Virus record (IMG/VR): IMGVR_UViG_3300009716_000001
From: a virus
Length of the DNA stretch: 64,000 nt
Reading direction: 5' to 3' (one strand)
The position numbers and the translations under genes were made by a program. The notes below the pieces were generated by a model. The model ran no database searches, was not told the origin of the DNA, and was given only the letters and a program-made list of their open reading frames with translations. Positions within the stretch are counted from its first letter, which is position 1, and each line of letters opens with the position of its first letter. Below, piece after piece: positions 63,238 through 64,000 of this stretch.

Positions 63238-64000
63238 TTAGAATGATCCACCTGTGATTGGGTTTCTCATCACAATTTTTAATACCTTGGTTGGGTCTTT
63301 TACCCAGATAGCCGGCATTGTTTGTGTCATGTACACACGGTAACCGTTGAACTGACCTGAAGAGTTGAACCCTTGAGTTCTTCCCATGTAGTCCATCGTA
63401 CCGTTTTGGTACCACCACTTCAATTGGTTATCCCAAGATAACTTCAACATATAAATGTTGTCATTTCCTGTATCAGTGATATCGAAAATGATGAAGCTGT
63501 AAGAAGACAACGGATTTCCATCAATGATTGGGTTCTCGATGTCGTTTGTGTGTAAGTTGTCAAACGCTGGGTTTAACACGAACTTCACATTCGCTAAGAA
63601 CGGAATCACGTAAGATGTGAACGCAAAACCGAAGTTTAAGTCCATACCTTGACCAGAGATAGCTCCGATACCGTTATTAGCAGCAGCTTGGATTACTAAA
63701 CCTGAGTTAACAGCTTCACGCTTGATAGCCTCGTTTACTAATCTCATACCACCCATACCGGTTTGTACGATTAATTGACGTTTAGGGTCTGGACCTTGGA
63801 ACTCCACACGACCAGCGTAGAAGTTGTAGATCTCACCACGGAACAACTCTAACGAGAAGTTAGATTTGTTGTACACGCGTTTGAAAGAGTTATCTAACTG
63901 CTTCCATAAACCAACAGATAAACGGATATCATCCGGTCCATCTTGTTTAACGCGACCTCCATGACCCCACATTAAGTAAGTCTCGATGTCAGTTGCGATT
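63238..64000 (-). CDS. 3' part of a candidate abundant structural (major-capsid-like) gene; 5' end lies outside the window
   Basis: The frame stays open from the listed ATG (63972) to the window edge (...IATDIETYL-MWGHGG...). A strong terminator follows directly. The capsid assignment is contextual only. Confidence 0.35.
   Translation of the reverse strand, partial: IATDIETYLMWGHGGRVKQDGPDDIRLSVGLWKQLDNSFKRVYNKSNFSLELFRGEIYNFYAGRVEFQGPDPKRQLIVQTGMGGMRLVNEAIKREAVNSGLVIQAAANNGIGAISGQGMDLNFGFAFTSYVIPFLANVKFVLNPAFDNLHTNDIENPIIDGNPLSSYSFIIFDITDTGNDNIYMLKLSWDNQLKWWYQNGTMDYMGRTQGFNSSGQFNGYRVYMTQTMPAIWVKDPTKVLKIVMRNPITGGSF

Noticed and set aside
63188-63418. 76-aa - strand ORF overlapping the 3' end of the edge-truncated gene and running through the terminator.
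   Set aside because: It is in an alternative frame of a better ORF. It would have to be translated across the GGGGGA/TCCCCC terminator hairpin and its poly-T (FFFF in the translation). It is most likely spurious.
1-64000. A prophage or integrated mobile element, a CRISPR array or a defence island.
   Set aside because: There is no integrase or recombinase, no att-like direct repeats, no flanking cellular genes and no regularly spaced direct repeats. Gene content and strand organisation are those of a lytic phage genome segment.

Overview
All domain calls below are by-eye motif recognition; no searches were run. The window reads as one contiguous piece of a lytic tailed dsDNA phage genome. I saw no rRNA, tRNA, CRISPR array, integrase or cellular housekeeping genes. 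Start codons sit in A-rich, Shine-Dalgarno-free contexts (often AACATGG), which suggests a Bacteroidota-type host (inference). Two convergent transcription blocks meet at a strong bidirectional terminator at 10677-10708.

The left block (+ strand, 67-10669) holds about 21 small, tightly packed or overlapping early/replication-type genes. They include a family B DNA polymerase, a PD-(D/E)XK RecB/Cas4-like nuclease and a DUF932-like protein. There are also two all-alpha NTP-pyrophosphohydrolase-like genes, a DUF2829/Tad2-like gene, a lipoprotein, a very acidic small protein and several zinc-ribbon miniproteins.

The right block (- strand, from the window edge at 64000 down to 10708) is a virion module. 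It starts with head-type genes, including a ferritin-like gene with an intact ferroxidase-centre signature and two candidate highly expressed structural genes, each followed by a strong terminator. Next comes a cluster of very cysteine-rich fibre/adhesin-like genes at 49450-57924. This cluster has a 1176-aa protein with two PA14-like modules, FN3 domains, GxGY repeats, paralogous pairs and an unannotated 58-aa Cys-rich ORF. A roughly 39-kb, almost gap-free operon (49305 to 10708) then ends in seven consecutive large or low-complexity ORFs of 454-3437 aa.

The most notable signal is the 3437-aa ORF. It contains a beta-prime-like double-psi-barrel catalytic loop (GGDFDID, 20696-20710) in a context that aligns by eye with bacterial beta-prime. 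That makes it a candidate virion-delivered two-barrel RNA polymerase of the kind known from crAss-like phages. Here it appears fused to an HExxH zincin module and possibly a C-terminal macro-like module. Its two giant neighbours (1734 and 1973 aa) each carry their own HExxH module.

No terminase or portal was recognised. The right-hand gene is cut by the window edge.
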